From: Sminthopsis crassicaudata
Taxonomy: Eukaryota
Assembly: GCF_048593235.1 (NCBI RefSeq)
Contig: NC_133619.1
Span: 447,977,644-448,041,643, forward strand
Length of the DNA stretch: 64,000 nucleotides
Reading direction: 5' to 3'
Position 1 is the first letter of the stretch, and each line of letters opens with the position of its first letter. Positions 24,841 to 39,549 of the stretch are shown here, piece after piece. The translations under genes and the position numbers were made by a program. The notes under the pieces were generated by a model, which saw nothing but the letters and a program-made list of their open reading frames with translations, had not been told where the DNA came from and made no database searches.

Positions 24841-26118
24841 TTTTAAATGGATGCTGCTTATTTTGAGGAAAGATGTTTATCCCTGTATTGTATTGTGTTT
24901 TTTAAAAGGAAATGTAAACAATATTGTGAATCTCTATATTCTGAATCTATTATGTTTTCATTTTTTGGAATATTTGAACCTGATTGACTTAACTCTAATA
25001 CTGTAGACAAGAAAAAAAGAATTGGAATCATTCAATTAGTAAACATTTAATTTGCACCTACTAAAAAAAAGGTAATGTATTATAGAGCATTACAGGAAAA
25101 ATGGGAAACAAAGTAAAAACTCAATTCTGACAAATTCAAAAATCACTGTTCCAATTGACTGCCTTTCTCTTCTAGACCCTGGAAGACAGGCTGGATTATT
25201 GAAAAGATAAAAATATATTTATATTACTATATGCCCCTCCCTTTTAAAAATTATATCAACATGGAGTCTTTATCCTCAAGAGGAGAAGCCTCAGAACAAA
25301 GATTTAACAACGTAATTTAGGGATAGTGGATCACTAAGAACCATGTAGTACAGCCCATAGAATTGTGAAGATCAAACTGTAAAACATCATGAAGATGTTT
25401 GTTGTTATTACTGAATGTCAATAATATTCAAATGATGAATGGGGGTGGTAGTAGAAGAAAGGGTAAATGCATGATATATGGGTTATGCTGAGAAAATGAC
25501 TGGAGAGTAAGTAGGTGAGGTGAGACACTAACCAGAAATGGGAGCCCCAGAGCAGATGTTCAGGAGATTAAAGATTCTTCAGGTCCCTGGTTTCCCTCTT
25601 AACACCACCCACACTCCCACATCCCACTGTTATTCCTGGATTTATCAAAAAAATACTTCTCTTATGGCCTCCTAACTAGAACCTTTTATAGGATTCCTTA
25701 TCCTACCTGGCTTCTGACTCAGAGAACCAGAAAAGTAGGTCTTGCTCAGGGAAAGGGACCCCTTGCCCAGAGCAGAAAGCTATTTTCCTCTTCCAGGCTT
25801 TGACTTCTTGCCATTTCTCTATCTAGGATTCTCCATTTTAGCACTGGTTCTATGGAGCTCTTAAGACATGGAAAAATGTTTTTTTTAAGAAGAGAGGTCA
25901 CCTTATCCAGCAACTCCTTTTTGCCCAGGAAATTTTTACATGACCCCAGGTATATAGCTCTATAAAATAGGTATACAAATAAATCAAACATTTACTGATA
26001 ATAAATTATAATTTCATGATCCCCCCCACATTGTTATGTAACCCCCTTATGAGGTCAAGAACTACAGTTTAAGAAACTGGGATCTAATTCAACACCTTAT
26101 TTGAAAGATGTGGAAGTC

Positions 26119-26278
26119 GGGGCAGCTCGTGGTGCAGTGGTTAGAGCACCAATCCTGAAGTCAGGAGGATCTGAGTTCAAATTTGACCTCAGACACTCAA
26201 CACTTTCTAGCTGTAAGGTCCTGGGCAAGTCATTTAAGCCCAATTGCTTCAGCAAAAAAGAAAAAAGAAGAAAAAAAA
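26119..26278 (+). mobile_element. WSINE1 with TSD
   Basis: TSD aaagatgtggaa at 26104-26115 and 26279-26290 (15 bp with one mismatch); A-rich tail. Confidence 0.95.
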
Positions 26279-27772
26279 AAAGATGTGGAAATCAACGTCT
26301 ACAGCTGCTGCTTCTTACACCAAAGAGAGAATGGCCCTTGTCTTGCTGTCTTGGGGAGGACAGTTGCAGATTTTGGATGTATCCTATTGAGCACCTTCTA
26401 GGATCAAATTCCATTTTTCCTTTTTCTGTCTTATGGTATCCTCCTCTAATTTTCCTCTGTCCTGTCTTTCTTGAAAGTTCCTTGGCAGATGCACTGCTAA
26501 GACTTCTCTCCTGCCAGATCAGTGGTGGGATTATCACCTGTTATGGTTTTAACAGACTTATGAGAAGATTGTATTTTTCAAGAAGTACTGTCCCTCTTTC
26601 TAAAGGTAAAACTGTAGAAGGGTCAGAGCAGCAGGTAAAACAATCAGGGAGATAGTTGTATGGAAATCAACCAAAAATATTAGAACTAGAATACAAGATC
26701 TATCAATGGAAGAGAATCTAAGCCCATATAGCTATGAGTGGAAATAGTAAACAAAGACTCATTAGCCAAATTTCAGGGTCTTAAACTGAGAAGGTAATCT
26801 TGAAGTTTTAAAAGGCATACTTAGGACAAAAGAAACTACTATTATACAGAGCAAGTAATGTATATGTGGGATTTGCTACTTGTAAAAGACTGAATATGTG
26901 AATAGATTTAAATATGCTTAGTTGAACCCATAATGAAATGCTAAAGGAAGGAAGAATATTTAGCTCCTATTTTTTAAAAATTTAATTCAACATTTTTATT
27001 ATTTGTCTACTTTTATTAGGCATTTTTTTCACATTATTCCTTACTTTACTTAAATTTCCATACTTAAACTGAATTATTTGTTGTTCCTACTAGTTGTACG
27101 TGTGTATAAACCATCTCTACCTTTTATTACCTTTATCCTTCTTTAAGGTTTAGTTCAAATACCATCATCTCCACAAAATAGCCTCTGATACCCTTCAACT
27201 AGAAGTATTTTCTCTTTCTTCTCATTTTCCAACACTCATTTCTGTAAGACTTTGTGTTCCAAATCTTTCTCCCTACTTCCCTACTTCTCCCAAGACAGCA
27301 AGCAATCTAATATAGGTTAAATATGTGCAATTCTAGCTCTTCCAATTTTCCCAAAGCACTATGTCTATGTCTAATCTTTTATCTCTAGACCCTTCCTTGT
27401 ATTGTTTATCCATATCCATCAAATCAAATGAGATAATACTTGGAAAGCACTTTGTAAATGTTAAATGTTAATGTTTCCAAATGTTCAAGGCACACTAGTA
27501 AGCAGGGATTGTCATTTTTTATCCTTGTATCATCAGGGTACAAATATTAGGCACATAATCAAAACATTATAAGCAGAGAACTATGTTAGACTCTGGAGAG
27601 AGATCAAATTTATGATATGGAACTTAGTAATAACTATAATACAAAATAATGCACTAGTGCTTAAGAGGAATGCAAACTGCTTGGTGAAATCTGAACCTAG
27701 GAATGATTTCATGGAAGAAGTAGCCTTTCAGTTTGACTTTTTGAAAATAAAAATATTTGAAAATAATAAGTC

Positions 27773-27934
27773 GGGGCAGCTAGGTGACGAAGTGGATAGA
27801 GCACCATCCCTGAAGTCAGGAGGACCCGAGTTCAAATCTAGTCTCAGACACTTAACACTTCCTAGCTGTGTGACCCTGGGCAAGTCACTTAACCCCAGCC
27901 TCAGGAAAAATAATAATAATAATAATAATAATAA
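27773..27934 (+). mobile_element. Young WSINE1 with (AAT)n tail
   Basis: Near-consensus head and core with retained CpGs; aataataag on both sides. Confidence 0.95.
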
Positions 27935-28504
27935 GCAAAGGAGTTCAGATTTTATTTGGTAAGTAATGAAGGCTTTGAAGGGGGAAAATGGCACAACCAG
28001 ATTTGTGTCAAAAGAAGAGTCTGGCAAAATTCAGAAGGATGTATCAGAGAGAAAAAAGAAAGATTACTAGTTAGATGTAATGACAATATACAATATTGAT
28101 GACAGTCAGAATAGAAAAGAAGAGACAGACTTGAGAAATACTGTGGTGGTGAAATTAATAGGAAGTGATAAGTGAAAAAATGAAAAATATAAAAATCAAA
28201 GATAACCCCCAATATTTCAATTATTGGAGACTGTGAATTATGGTATCACTCTCAGGGATGGTGAAGTCAGAAGGAGGAAGGAATAAGTTTTGTAGAAAAA
28301 TATTGTATCTCTAATGACCTTTGAGGTTAATAAAGTTAACCTAGCTGCCCCAACATAAAGTATTATAGAAGTGGAATTTTCATTTTTCTGTATTTTAAAA
28401 TTTTCCTCATTGGTAGGAAAGATGATCAATAACTTTAAAAAGCATAGATAAACTTTAAATTGGATTAGAAATGCCAACTATAATAAAAACCTAGAAAAGG
28501 AAGT

Positions 28505-28840
28505 CTTTTCATGATGGAAAATGCTATCCACATCCAAGGAAAGAACTGTGGAATCTGAATGCAGATTAAAGCATATTTTCAGGTTTTTATTGCTGTTTTT
28601 TTTCTTTCTTTCTTGTAGTTTACCCCTTTTGTTCTGATTCTTCTTTTACAATATGACTAAAGTGGAAATATGTTTAATATTATTGTACATATATAACTTA
28701 TATCAAATTACTTGTTATATTGGGGAAAAGAAAAGGAAGGGACAAAAAAATTGAAATTCAAAATCTCATAAAAGTGAATGTTGAAAAATATCTTTACATG
28801 TAATTAGGAAAATAAAGTACTATTAAGTGGGGGGAAAGGA
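28505..28840 (+). mobile_element. L1 3' UTR fragment
   Basis: atggaaaatgctatccacatcca...ggaaaataaagtactatt. Confidence 0.8.
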
Positions 28841-29764
28841 AAGGAAGTCTGAAATTTTATCTTTTTTATTGATCTTTTTAAAAGCAAATGACTTCTTTGC
28901 ATATACAACCAAAATTCATTTTGGAAAATTGTAGTGATGTCTTTTTTTTTTTTTTTTTCAGCATCAGCAATTTCCTCAATACATAATCACTATGCTCAAA
29001 CTTCCCCTATTCATCCAACTTCCCTTATAATGAAGAAAACTGACTTAGAAATGGAACATATCTGATGCCATTTGTAATATTGTTACTGAAAAGCAGGGAA
29101 GTACACCTACCCCCTTTTTATTTGCTTAGATTGGCCACTGTAATTAATCTGGGTTAGCTGCTTTTTGGTATTATTTTCATTCAGTCATTGTGGCTTATAC
29201 CAAAAAATCCCTGGTTCTGTCCCTATCTAAAGGAGGAACTTTTGTGTACCAGCAATGAGTAAATAGTAGGATAACTTTTATTTTTTAAAATTTTATTCTG
29301 GACTTAAGAAATAAAACAAGGGGAATAAAACTATTCCCTTAGTAGAATAGGGGGAAAATATGAATCTGAAACTACAAATCTACTATGTATAACTTGATAT
29401 TCTTTTAAAATGTATAATAGAGTTATCTGTAAAAAATAAACAAAAAAAAAAAAAGAGTCATTTATGGGTATTATTGTACTGGTTCTATTTCCTTGACTGC
29501 CATTGGTTCACACAAATCTTTCTGTGTATCTTTGAATTCCTTATATTTTTTGTTTCTTATAGTGCCATCATATTGCAGCACTATGTAGATTAACTAAAGT
29601 AATTTCAGTCAGTCCTCTATCAATAGAATATTTTTAATGCCATTATAAGAAGCGCATGAATATTTTAGTATGTTTCTTTTTCTATATCTATAACAAGAGA
29701 TTTATTTTCCTCTTTCATTTTCTTGGATGGGGTCAATGGATATGAACAATTTAGTAACTTTTCT

Positions 29765-31075
29765 TTGTTGTGGCATTCAATCATGTCTAAGTTTTCATGA
29801 CTCTGTGGACCGAGTCGAGCCCTTCTATTCTCCACTATTTCCCAAAGTCTGTCCAAGTTCATATTTATTGTTTCCATGACACTGTCTCTTCCTTCAACAT
29901 CTCCTTTTCCTTTTGTCTCCAATCTTTCCCAACATCAGGGTCTTGTCTGACAAGTATTGTCTTCTCATTATGTGAGCAAAGTGTTTAAGTTTCACCTTCA
30001 GTATTTGACTTTCTAAAGAATAGTCTGAGTTAATTTCTTTAAATATTGTCTGGTTTTACCTCCTTGCTGTCTAAGGGACTCCAAAAATCTTCTCCAGGTC
30101 CATAACTTGAAAATGTCAATTTTTCAGCCCTCAGATTTTTTTATAGCTCAATTTTCACAGGAAAAATCATAGCTTTGATGGCAGTGATGTCTTTGCTTTT
30201 CAGTATGCAGTCCAGATTTGCCATAGTTTCCTTCCAAGAAGCAAGTATCTTTAAATTTCATGGCTGCAGTCGTAGTCTGCAGTGATCTTTGAAACTAAGA
30301 ATATAAAAAAATTTGATCCTGCCTCCATCTATTCTTCCTCTATTTGCCAGGAAGTGATGAGACCATGTGCCAAGATCTTAGTTTTTTTTTTTATTTATTT
30401 ATGTTAAACTTCAAACCAGTTTTTACACTCTTCTTTCATCTTTATCAAGAAATTTCTTAATTCCTCTTCTCTTTCTGCCATCTGAGTGGTGCCATCTGCA
30501 TATTTGAGATTGTTGATATTTCTGCTGGCAACCTTAATTCTAGCTTTTGATTCATCCAGTCTGGTGTTTCACATGATGTACTCGGCATAACTTATATAAG
30601 ATGACAATATAAAGCCTTGTCGTATTCTTTTTTCAATCTTAAACTAATCATTTGTTCAATGTTTGGTTCTAAGTATTGCTTCTTGGTGGGCATATACTAT
30701 AGGTTTTTTAGGAGACAATAAGATGATCTGGTGTTCCTGTAACTTTGAGGATTTGCCACATTTTGTTGTGATCCACACAGTCAAAGGCTTTATTCAGAAA
30801 TAAATCTTTTTTCTGGAATTCCTTTGTTTTTTCCCATTATCTAGGAAATGTTGGCAATTTGGTCTCTAGTTCCTCTGACTCTTGGAAAATCAGTCTAATT
30901 TTCTGATGATTCTCAGTTCATATAATGCTGAAGCCCATCTTGGACAATCTTAAGCATAACCTTGATGGTATATGAAATAAGCTCAATTGTTTGGCAATTT
31001 CATCATTCTTTGCCTTTCTTTAGGACTGGGCCACACTGTTCCTTTTCAATCCACTGGCCACTGTTGAGGTTGCTT
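29765..31075 (-). mobile_element. RTE-clade (BovB-like) LINE, 5'-truncated and decayed
   Basis: Minus ORF 29665-29922 DSVMETINMNLDRLWEIVENRR resembles the RTE ORF C-terminus; antisense BovB-like RT motifs (ttcatggctgcagtc...gcagtgatctttg). Confidence 0.88.
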
Positions 31076-33150
31076 ACATAATTCTAAATTAATTTTCAAA
31101 ATGGTTGGATCAATTCACTATTTCTATCTTATGCCATTTCTGCCAATTTGGTGTTATGACGTAAAAACCTCCAAATTATTTCTCTTATTATAAGTGATTT
31201 AGAGCATGTTTTCTTACATATATTGATCTTTTAGATTTCTCTTAAATACTATTCCTAACCTTCATTTAGGATCATTATTAACATCTGAAAAAGCACCTCA
31301 GCAGTCATTGAATTCAACCTCCTCATTTAATAGATGGGGAAATTGAGGCACAGAAAGTTAAGTAACTTGACCAGGATCACAGAACCATTAAGTGTCTGAG
31401 ATAGATTTTACACTGTTTCTCCAACTTCTAAGTCTTAGAGCCCCCTTCCCTGAACAATGCTGCTCCTTCATTTATGGGGTAAATGGTTCATGTTTTTACT
31501 CTTATTTGTTAATTACCTACATATTATGGTATCACACTTTCACCAGAAATATTTGATGTAAATATTTTCTTCTACTCATTGGTTTTTCTTCTTCTTCAAG
31601 ATTTTTCTTTTCATGCAGAATTTTTAAAATTGTTTTGATTTAAATGATATGTTTTATATTTAATAATCTTCTTTCTCCTTTGGTTAAGAATTCTCCCTTT
31701 TCACAATAGGTTTGAAAATCTTCTATGCACAAGTTTTTGAAGTGACCTTTTACACTTAGGTGTGGTATCTATTTGGAGATTATTGTGGTATATGATGCTA
31801 AATTTTTTTTATTATATCTTTTTACTTACAAGATATATGCATGGGTAATTTTTCAGCATTGATAATTGCAAAACCCTTTGTTCCAACTTTTCCTCTCTTT
31901 CCCCTCACCCCTTTCCCCTGATGGCAGATTGATGCTCCTAATTTTTTTAAAGGCTATCTTTGGACAGGTGGAGTATTGTTTAGTTTGAATAATAATGTTT
32001 ATTCACTCAAATATTCATGAAGCATTTACTATGCAATGAAGTGCATTGGGTTCTGCAGGAAAGGCAATTTCCTGGCCTGGGGGAATTTATAATAATCTGT
32101 ATGATATTATTTCAGTCTTAAAGATAAAGAAAAATTTTTTTAATCCTAATCTAATTTTCATCTATTTTTTCTGATTGTTGAATTAACTCTGAAAATATGC
32201 CTTAAGGGTCTGTAAAATTAATGATGATTGGCTTTTGCCCTCCTGTAATTTTTAAATCCAGGTGGTATGGCAAACAGATTTAACCCAGGTGTGCCTATGA
32301 AAGAATATCCTGGTGCCCTTCCATATATTGATAGTTGTAATACAAAGACTTGTTGGCCCCTTTACACCTCCTTTCTTTGGATGTGGGAGGAAATAGAGAA
32401 TAGTAGGCAGAGTCTGCTCTTTATCTTTCCCTGCTTAACTCCTTTGGTGCATATTGCATCCTCATGTTTCCCTTCCACCTAACTGTAACTGTTAGAAGAT
32501 CTAAAACACTGTTTGTGTTTCAGCATAGGAGGACTATTTAGAACTTCAAACACTTTACTCTCAGACTATATCAAAGGCTTTCTTTCAGCCATTTCTTGAA
32601 GCAAAGGGCAGAACTCCTGCTTGGATGAAAGCACGGATATTTACTGTCATCCCAGCAACAGAGTTAATGTTTCTACATTTGTAACAGGTACTAGGCAGCC
32701 TCTCAACTATCTCTTTTAAATCATGTCTTTGAGTGATAGCTGAAGCTGAGATCGAGGAATTTTTCACATTTGCAATTAAATGTGCAACTGCCAACCTCCC
32801 TCCCTGTTTGCCAGATGCCTCAAGGTGACACTAAGAAAATTTGCCCTCCACACTTGTTTATATTCTACTTTTCTTTTCATGCATACATTAGTTTCAACAA
32901 ATAGATAGTGAGCCATAGGAATCTGTCACAGTGTTCTCCTTGTTTATCATAATTTGGGTTTTTCTTCTCATTTATTTAATGCCTCTTAACACTGACAAAA
33001 CATTCTTTGGCAATTCTCCTTCATAGAATCATAGTGATCTTCACATTATAAATTGAGGAAACTGAGGTCTATAGAGATTAATTCATTTCGCCAAGGTCAT
33101 AAAGGTGCTAAGTGATGGAGCCAGGATTTGTATGTAGGTCTCCACTCTGC

Positions 33151-33371
33151 TTGTTCAGACCTGTCTGACTCTTTGTGATCGCCTTTGAGATTGTCTTGGC
33201 AAAGATATTGGAATGGTTTGATGTTTCCTGCTTTTGCTCATTTTCCATACGAGGAAACCGAAGCAGATTTAAGTGACTTGTCCAGAGTCACACAGCTAAT
33301 AAGTGTCAGTCATCAAAGACGATGAGTCTTCCAGATTCCTGGCCCAGTGCCTTATTCATTATGTTACCTAG
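33151..33371 (-). mobile_element. Mar1-type CORE-SINE
   Basis: RTE-derived 3' tail (ttggcaaagatattggaatggtttg), core and head in reverse. Confidence 0.85.
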
Positions 33372-34199
33372 ATGTTTTTTTTTTTTTTGTTTTTTTTTTT
33401 AACTTTTATACTTGAGTATTTGCTATTATTTTATTGTTGTTATTATTCAGATTGTATTAGGGTAAAAAGTTTGGGTTGGGTTTGTTTGTTTTTGCTTTTG
33501 TTTACAAGATGCAAAAAAAAAAATCATCCCCATTTTTCAGATAAGAAAACTGAGATAAAATGGTTTGCCCATGGTTACATAGTTGGTAAAGGTCTGAAGC
33601 TAGATTTGAACTCAGGTCTTCTCTCCTAGTTGAACATTTTATTCACTGTATGGCTTAGCTTCTCCTCCAATTTATTAGGTTCTCTTTTTGCTTAGATTTA
33701 ACTTCTATAATGATTGGATAAAAATATTAGCAACAGTAAATATATTCCTTTTTAATAAAAGAGGTCTATAAGTAATTAAGATTACTCAAATGGTTATAGT
33801 ATTCTCAACACTACCTTTAACAGATGTTAGACCCTTTTATTATAAAAGCAATAACCTTGTTTATAGAGGTATCATAAAAAGATAAGGAATTCAAGATTTA
33901 AAGACCTTTGTGTCTCACTCAGGGTCATATGTACCTCTTTGGTTTTAGACACAAATCAAGGAGAAGAAACTTTTGTGATTCTATTACACCTCTATGGAAC
34001 ATTTACTTAATAGTAAACTAGCAATGCTATGTCAAATGTTTCCCTCTGCCTGTGTTAATGTGACATAATTACTGAAATTTCTATGTGAGATGGGAGATTT
34101 CTGAAATAAATCACCAGAAAATGGGATTTTACAGGAGGTGGCTAACATATGTTTACAAAATAGTGATTTTCCTCCAAATTCATTATTATTATTATTTTC

Positions 34200-34265
34200 T
34201 CTTTTTTTGGTTGAGACAATTGGGGTTAAGTGACTTGCCTAGGGTTACACAGCTAGGAAGTGTCC
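34200..34265 (-). mobile_element. 5'-truncated WSINE1
   Basis: T tail followed by gagacaattggggttaagtgacttgcctagggttacacagctaggaagtgtc. Confidence 0.85.
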
Positions 34266-34459
34266 AAATTCCATGTTATTGAGACCAAGAATAGTAAAAT
34301 AATATTTCTCTTTTAAGATAGTTTTTGATAATTTTAGTAGAGATGAATAACTAAAAGATTTGTTTTCTTTGCAAGCAGTTTGCAGGTAACACAAAGCAAT
34401 GAAAATGACTTGAGGATTTTTAGTAAATTATAAGTTCAATATGAGACACTTTGGCTACC

Positions 34460-35590
34460 AAGTCACAATATTGTGGCCATCCAAAAATTCATATGAACTC
34501 AGGCTCCACTAAGAGAGGCAGTGTCCAGAACAGGGGGGGTAATAGTCCTATTCTTCTCTACCTTTTATAGACCACAATTCAGAGCATTGTTTTAGTTCTG
34601 GGTACCACCTTTAGGAAGGACATTAATCTGGAGAATTTACAGAGATGGGTGACTCCAATGGTTTGATATTGGGACTACATAAAGATTATTTGATCTTGGC
34701 AAAGAGGTGGTGGATAAGGGGTGCAAAACATCAATTTTCAGACTTGGTCAACATGTGGATTTGTTTTGCAAGTAAATTCAAGTTAGGGATTTTCATTTTT
34801 TTTCCCCTTTTTTTGGTGAGGAGGAATGAATTGGAAAGGTAAAAAGAATGAATAATAATAGTAAACAAAAAAAAACGAGCAAAAATGATTCACTAAAAAA
34901 ATAAAAGTGAGCAGAAGGAAATTTAAGAGGGTACACAAACAAGTAGGGCAGGGTTGTTAATACTGTGTGAAATTGAAATTTATAGTTTCCCCACAAGTAG
35001 TGTGTGTGGGGGGAACATTCTGCATGGAAGTTCCCAGTTTCACATGAAATTTCCCCATTTTTCCCTTGCACAGTGATAATTTGATATTTATTTTATGTTT
35101 ATAATTAAAAAAAAAAAACCAAACACTTTTCCCCCAAACAGAATCAGTTGAAGAAATGGAAGATGTTTAGATTAGATCAAAGAAGATTTGTAAGGGTTGG
35201 GGTGAAGGTGGAGAAGACATGATGGCTGCCTTCAAATATCTAAATGTCTATTATAGCTTATATGTCTATTATAAAACTAAACTTATTCTACTTTGACTCC
35301 ACATGCAAAGCTAGGAACAATAAGGAGATGATGTGCAGAAGAAAATTTGATGCAATGTATGGAAAAGATGGATTGGGATACCTCAGCAGTGTAACTGCAT
35401 CTCTCTACTTTTCCCCTTTTCCCCACTCTTCTACCCCCCTCCCACCAACACCTTTCCAAAATTTCAAAGATAAATTTGTCTAAAAACTTCAGTCAGAAAC
35501 TGGATGGCCACTTGCTGAATATATTGTCAAAGGGACACCTGGTCAAGTAAGGGTTAGATGACATAGTTTCTGAGATTCTTTTCAATTCTA
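34460..35590 (+). mobile_element. CR1/L3 3' region (34460-34660 and 35145-35590) interrupted by an old L1 end
   Basis: L3 motifs ttctgggtaccacctttaggaaggacatt and ctgccttcaaatatct; 3' end gagattcttttcaattcta. Confidence 0.7.
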
Positions 35591-37719
35591 ATCCTTTTAC
35601 TACTATGAACTTTGGTTTCTAAATTAGTTATCAAGAATATTATTGAATGCCACTTTCTGGTATGTACTCACTGCATAAAAGAAAATGAATGAAAATTACT
35701 TGAAATTGTTCTATTTTAATGCCATCTGTTAATATCCATGTGCATAGTTTCTTTATGATTTCAGGAGAGACTACTGTACTCAACACAAGAGTTAATTCAC
35801 GTGATGTATATATTAAGAAAGAGATAAACTGATATCTGTCTACAAAGTCCTGCAATATTCCTATATTCCTGACTACAGAGAAAGCCCGTAAAATTAGAAA
35901 AATGATTAAAAAAAAAAACCCAATGTATTTAGACCTGGAAGAAAGCTTAGAGGCCCATCAAGCATAACTCTTCATTTGACAGATGAGGAAACTGAGGCTG
36001 AGAGCAATGAAGTAACTTGCCCAGGATCATACAGTTACTAATTGTCTGAGGCAGGACTTGAACTCAGGTCTTCCTAATTCCATACTCTATATCATTTAGA
36101 ACAAGAGTCAAAGTTGAAACACCTAATTCCCCTTTGTTGCTCAGTTGAGTTCATTTTCAAAAAAGGAAGAAATGTTCATAAGGTCAGTAAGGAAGAAATG
36201 TTTACAAGGACAGTGTGAGTTATTCCAGATCGTCCATTGCAATGGCATTGGTCATTTTGTAAAGGATTTTTCAGCACAGTCCGGTGAATGGTGCTGGATT
36301 TGAAGTCAAGGATGGGCTTAAACTTCAATTCAGTTACTATGTATATGATCTTGAACAAGATACTTATTTTTTCTTAAAATATAGAATGAGAAGGTTGGAC
36401 TAATGCCCTCTGAAGTCCCTTCAAGCTCTAAGTCTAAGTTATCAACTGAAATTATATCCTCTTAGGTCCACCTCACATTAAGTCAATAAACACTATGTAC
36501 TTTGATTGCTAAGACAATAAAAAGAAGCAGAATCTTTATATTTGTTCTAGACAGCCAAATGGGTACTGCATACATGCCTAAGTCAGCATGCTTTATTATT
36601 TTTAATAAGAGGACAATGAGAGACACCAGATAACAGAAGGCAGAGAAACAATTTTTGCATTTATCATTTGGAACAAGTATTTAATAATTCTGAATGAGGC
36701 CCATCAATCAATTAGGCATTTATTTTATGTGCCAGACACGGTTCTAGGCATGGGGGATACAATGGAGACATTTGGATACATGGGTACAATCCAGTACCCT
36801 TGAGAAAAGAGAGGGAGATTCAGAACATGAGGGATGGAGAAAGGGTTATGAGTTCTATCCCTATTTTGTCTTGGAGAGCATGTACCTGCATTAAGAAAGG
36901 GAGCATGATACACACACACACACATATTATTTTTCACTGTTTCTTTCTGCTGCCCATGAAACTCATACATACTGATTGCCATATGGGTTATTGTGGGAAG
37001 AGGCTTTTGCCTTTGGATTATGATTATCAGACTTTTATGAGATTAAAGTATGGCAATAGGGGATCAAGATTCAGTTGGATGATGACTCAGACGGCTGGAT
37101 CCTGGTGCAATAGAATAGGTTCTGATCCTTGAGCAAAGATGGAAGTAGTAACTGTAACAAGAGGGGTTCTAAGAACCAAGTTACACTGATTTCTGTAGGG
37201 CCAGAAGACTCATTTCTATTTCTCCATCTGCTTTCCTTTGCTCTAGTTCTTGACACTGAAAAGGGTTCTAGACACAAACACATCCTCCACTTACTCCTTT
37301 CCATTAACTGAGGGAGTGGAGGGAGACTGTTTCCTTGACTACCTCCCAGCCTTGATTATCTGGGAGAACAAGCAGAAGAATTATTATTATGAAATGAATA
37401 GTCCTATATTGAGGCTTCCTTTCCTTTCCTTTTTTTTTTTTTTTTTTGATGCTATATTTGTTAAACTATATGATTAAATATGCATGAATGTCAGAGAAGC
37501 TGGGAGCAGGAAAAAAAAAGTCTCAAAAGGAAACATAGAGGAAGAGGTTTTATATTTGTATATTTTAAGTAATATTCCATTTCATCCCCTAAATCAAATT
37601 CTGATTCCATCTGGTGTCATTGTTTGAAGTCATAGACTTGGTGAAGGTAGTGATGAAGTGAGGTAGTTGGCTTGTCTGATGTCCACTAATGACCACTAAG
37701 TGCCTTTAGGTATGGTCTT

Positions 37720-38420
37720 TTCCTTCTCAATTTATGAAAATAATTTTAAAGTATGGATAATAATTGTTCTTTATAAATATGATAGAATTCTTCTGTGAAT
37801 CCATCAGGAACATGAGGGTTGTTTTTTTTTTTTCCACTTTGGTATTTCTTTTACAATTAGCTCTACTTCCTTTTCTGAGATTGGGTGAAGAAGATATCTA
37901 TCTGAGATTCTGATAGAGAGTTTCAAAAACAAAAATTGCTCAAGCTATGTCTATTGTGTCCTCGGTTTTGTTAGCATGTAATTATGCATGAGATAGATTA
38001 TCCTTTATATTTCTTCTGGTTTTGCTGTGATTTCATAATGCTTATTTGTGATTTTATTGATGTGATTTTCTGCTTTTTTTTTTTAAATCAGATTAAGCCT
38101 TTGTCATTTTTATTCATCTTTTCAAAGAATCAGCTTTTAGTTTTGTTTTTTCTATGTGGTTAGGATTTTTTGGTTTCCAATTTGTCTATTTTTCCTGCAA
38201 TTTTCAATATTTCCTGTTTTGCACTTATTTTAGGTTTGCTTATTTGTTGGCTTTCAAATTCTTAAAAATGCCTATTCAGTTCATTGATCCTTTTTCCTTG
38301 TTTTGTCAATGTATGTTTGTAGGGATATGATTTTTTTTCTCCTGAAAAGTACTTTGGCGCATCTCATAAATTTTAGTATATTATTTCATCATTATCATTT
38401 TTATCATTTCTATAATTTGT
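37720..38420 (-). mobile_element. Old L1 ORF2 fragment
   Basis: Antisense motifs gaattcttctgtgaatccatc, cttttcaaagaatcagctttt and catctcataaattttagtat. Confidence 0.75.
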
Positions 38421-39549
38421 TCTTTGACTCACTCATTGATCAGTACCTTTTAGGAAATCTATCCCAGATATGCATTAGAAAGACTCTGAAGAGACTGTTC
38501 ACTGGTGGCTAGAGTATATTATTTGCTTTTAGGCAACTACTTTCTCTCACTGGATAATTATTATAGTAACCCACTAATTTTCTGTAGGTTTAAGAAAGAA
38601 ACACAAGCCAATCTGTATGGCTTTTTAGTGCCACAAGTATCACGGTACAAAGGTTGAACAGGTGCAATATGCAAGTATTTCTACTATATTGGGGCCAAAA
38701 ACCAAGTCTACCTGGTAGAAAATGAGTATGTTATGATCACTATGTGCTTATTTATATGGATGAAGGAATAAAAGGCAGAATGACGTAGTGGAAAGTTCAT
38801 TGAACTAGAAATCAGGAACCCGAATTCCAATTCTTAAGTTGCTATGAACTAGTTATGGGACCTTGAGCAAATCATTCTTAAGATTTGTTTCCTATTCTTT
38901 TGAATGAGAGTTGGATGCTCTCTAAGGGTGTAAGTTTTTCAGCTCTAAGTTTCCACCAGTACTTTGCTCTTCCTAAAATTCCCTTTTTCCAACAGAAAAA
39001 GGGAGAAAGCATAGACCTGTTAAATGAAAACCGAGGTGTTTGAGCAGTTGGGATGGATTAAGCTTCAAACTCTGATCTCTTGGAATCTTTGATATTTTGA
39101 CTTTCAGGTCACAAAAGCCTTGTTCCTTGTAGCACCCAGTTCACAGGATAGAACATCCATCAAGTAATGTTTTGCTTTAACTTCTACATGTCCTAGTCAT
39201 GTCCTCACCCGCAGAAACCAAAAATAAATTCTAAAAAATGTTTTTCTTCTTCATAGACATCTTCTTGAACATGAAACCAACCTATTGGTCTATGGATAAA
39301 ATACAATATTAATGGCATCAATATTGGCATATTTGTTTTTCAAGTGAACCAATTATTTTTATTTCCCACCTGTCCAATGAATAGTAAAGCAATCGTGTTT
39401 ACTTCCTGTTCTTTTTTATTTGGTTATTATTTTTAGGTCCATTTCTTTTAACTATTGTAGTATAATTGCCCCTTAGCACATGTTTTCACTTTAGGTTTTG
39501 AGTATTTCTAAAAGTAAAGCAATTAAATGCATAAGAGCCATGATAGTCA

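Noticed and set aside
26101-26655. 184-aa plus-strand ORF (longest gap-free ORF)
   Set aside because: Starts at TTG and runs through a SINE and its A tail; no family resemblance.
26115-27780. Shared AGTC leader before two WSINE1 copies as a subfamily 5' extension
   Set aside because: At 26119 the gtc is better explained as part of a 15-bp TSD with one mismatch, so the match is probably coincidental.
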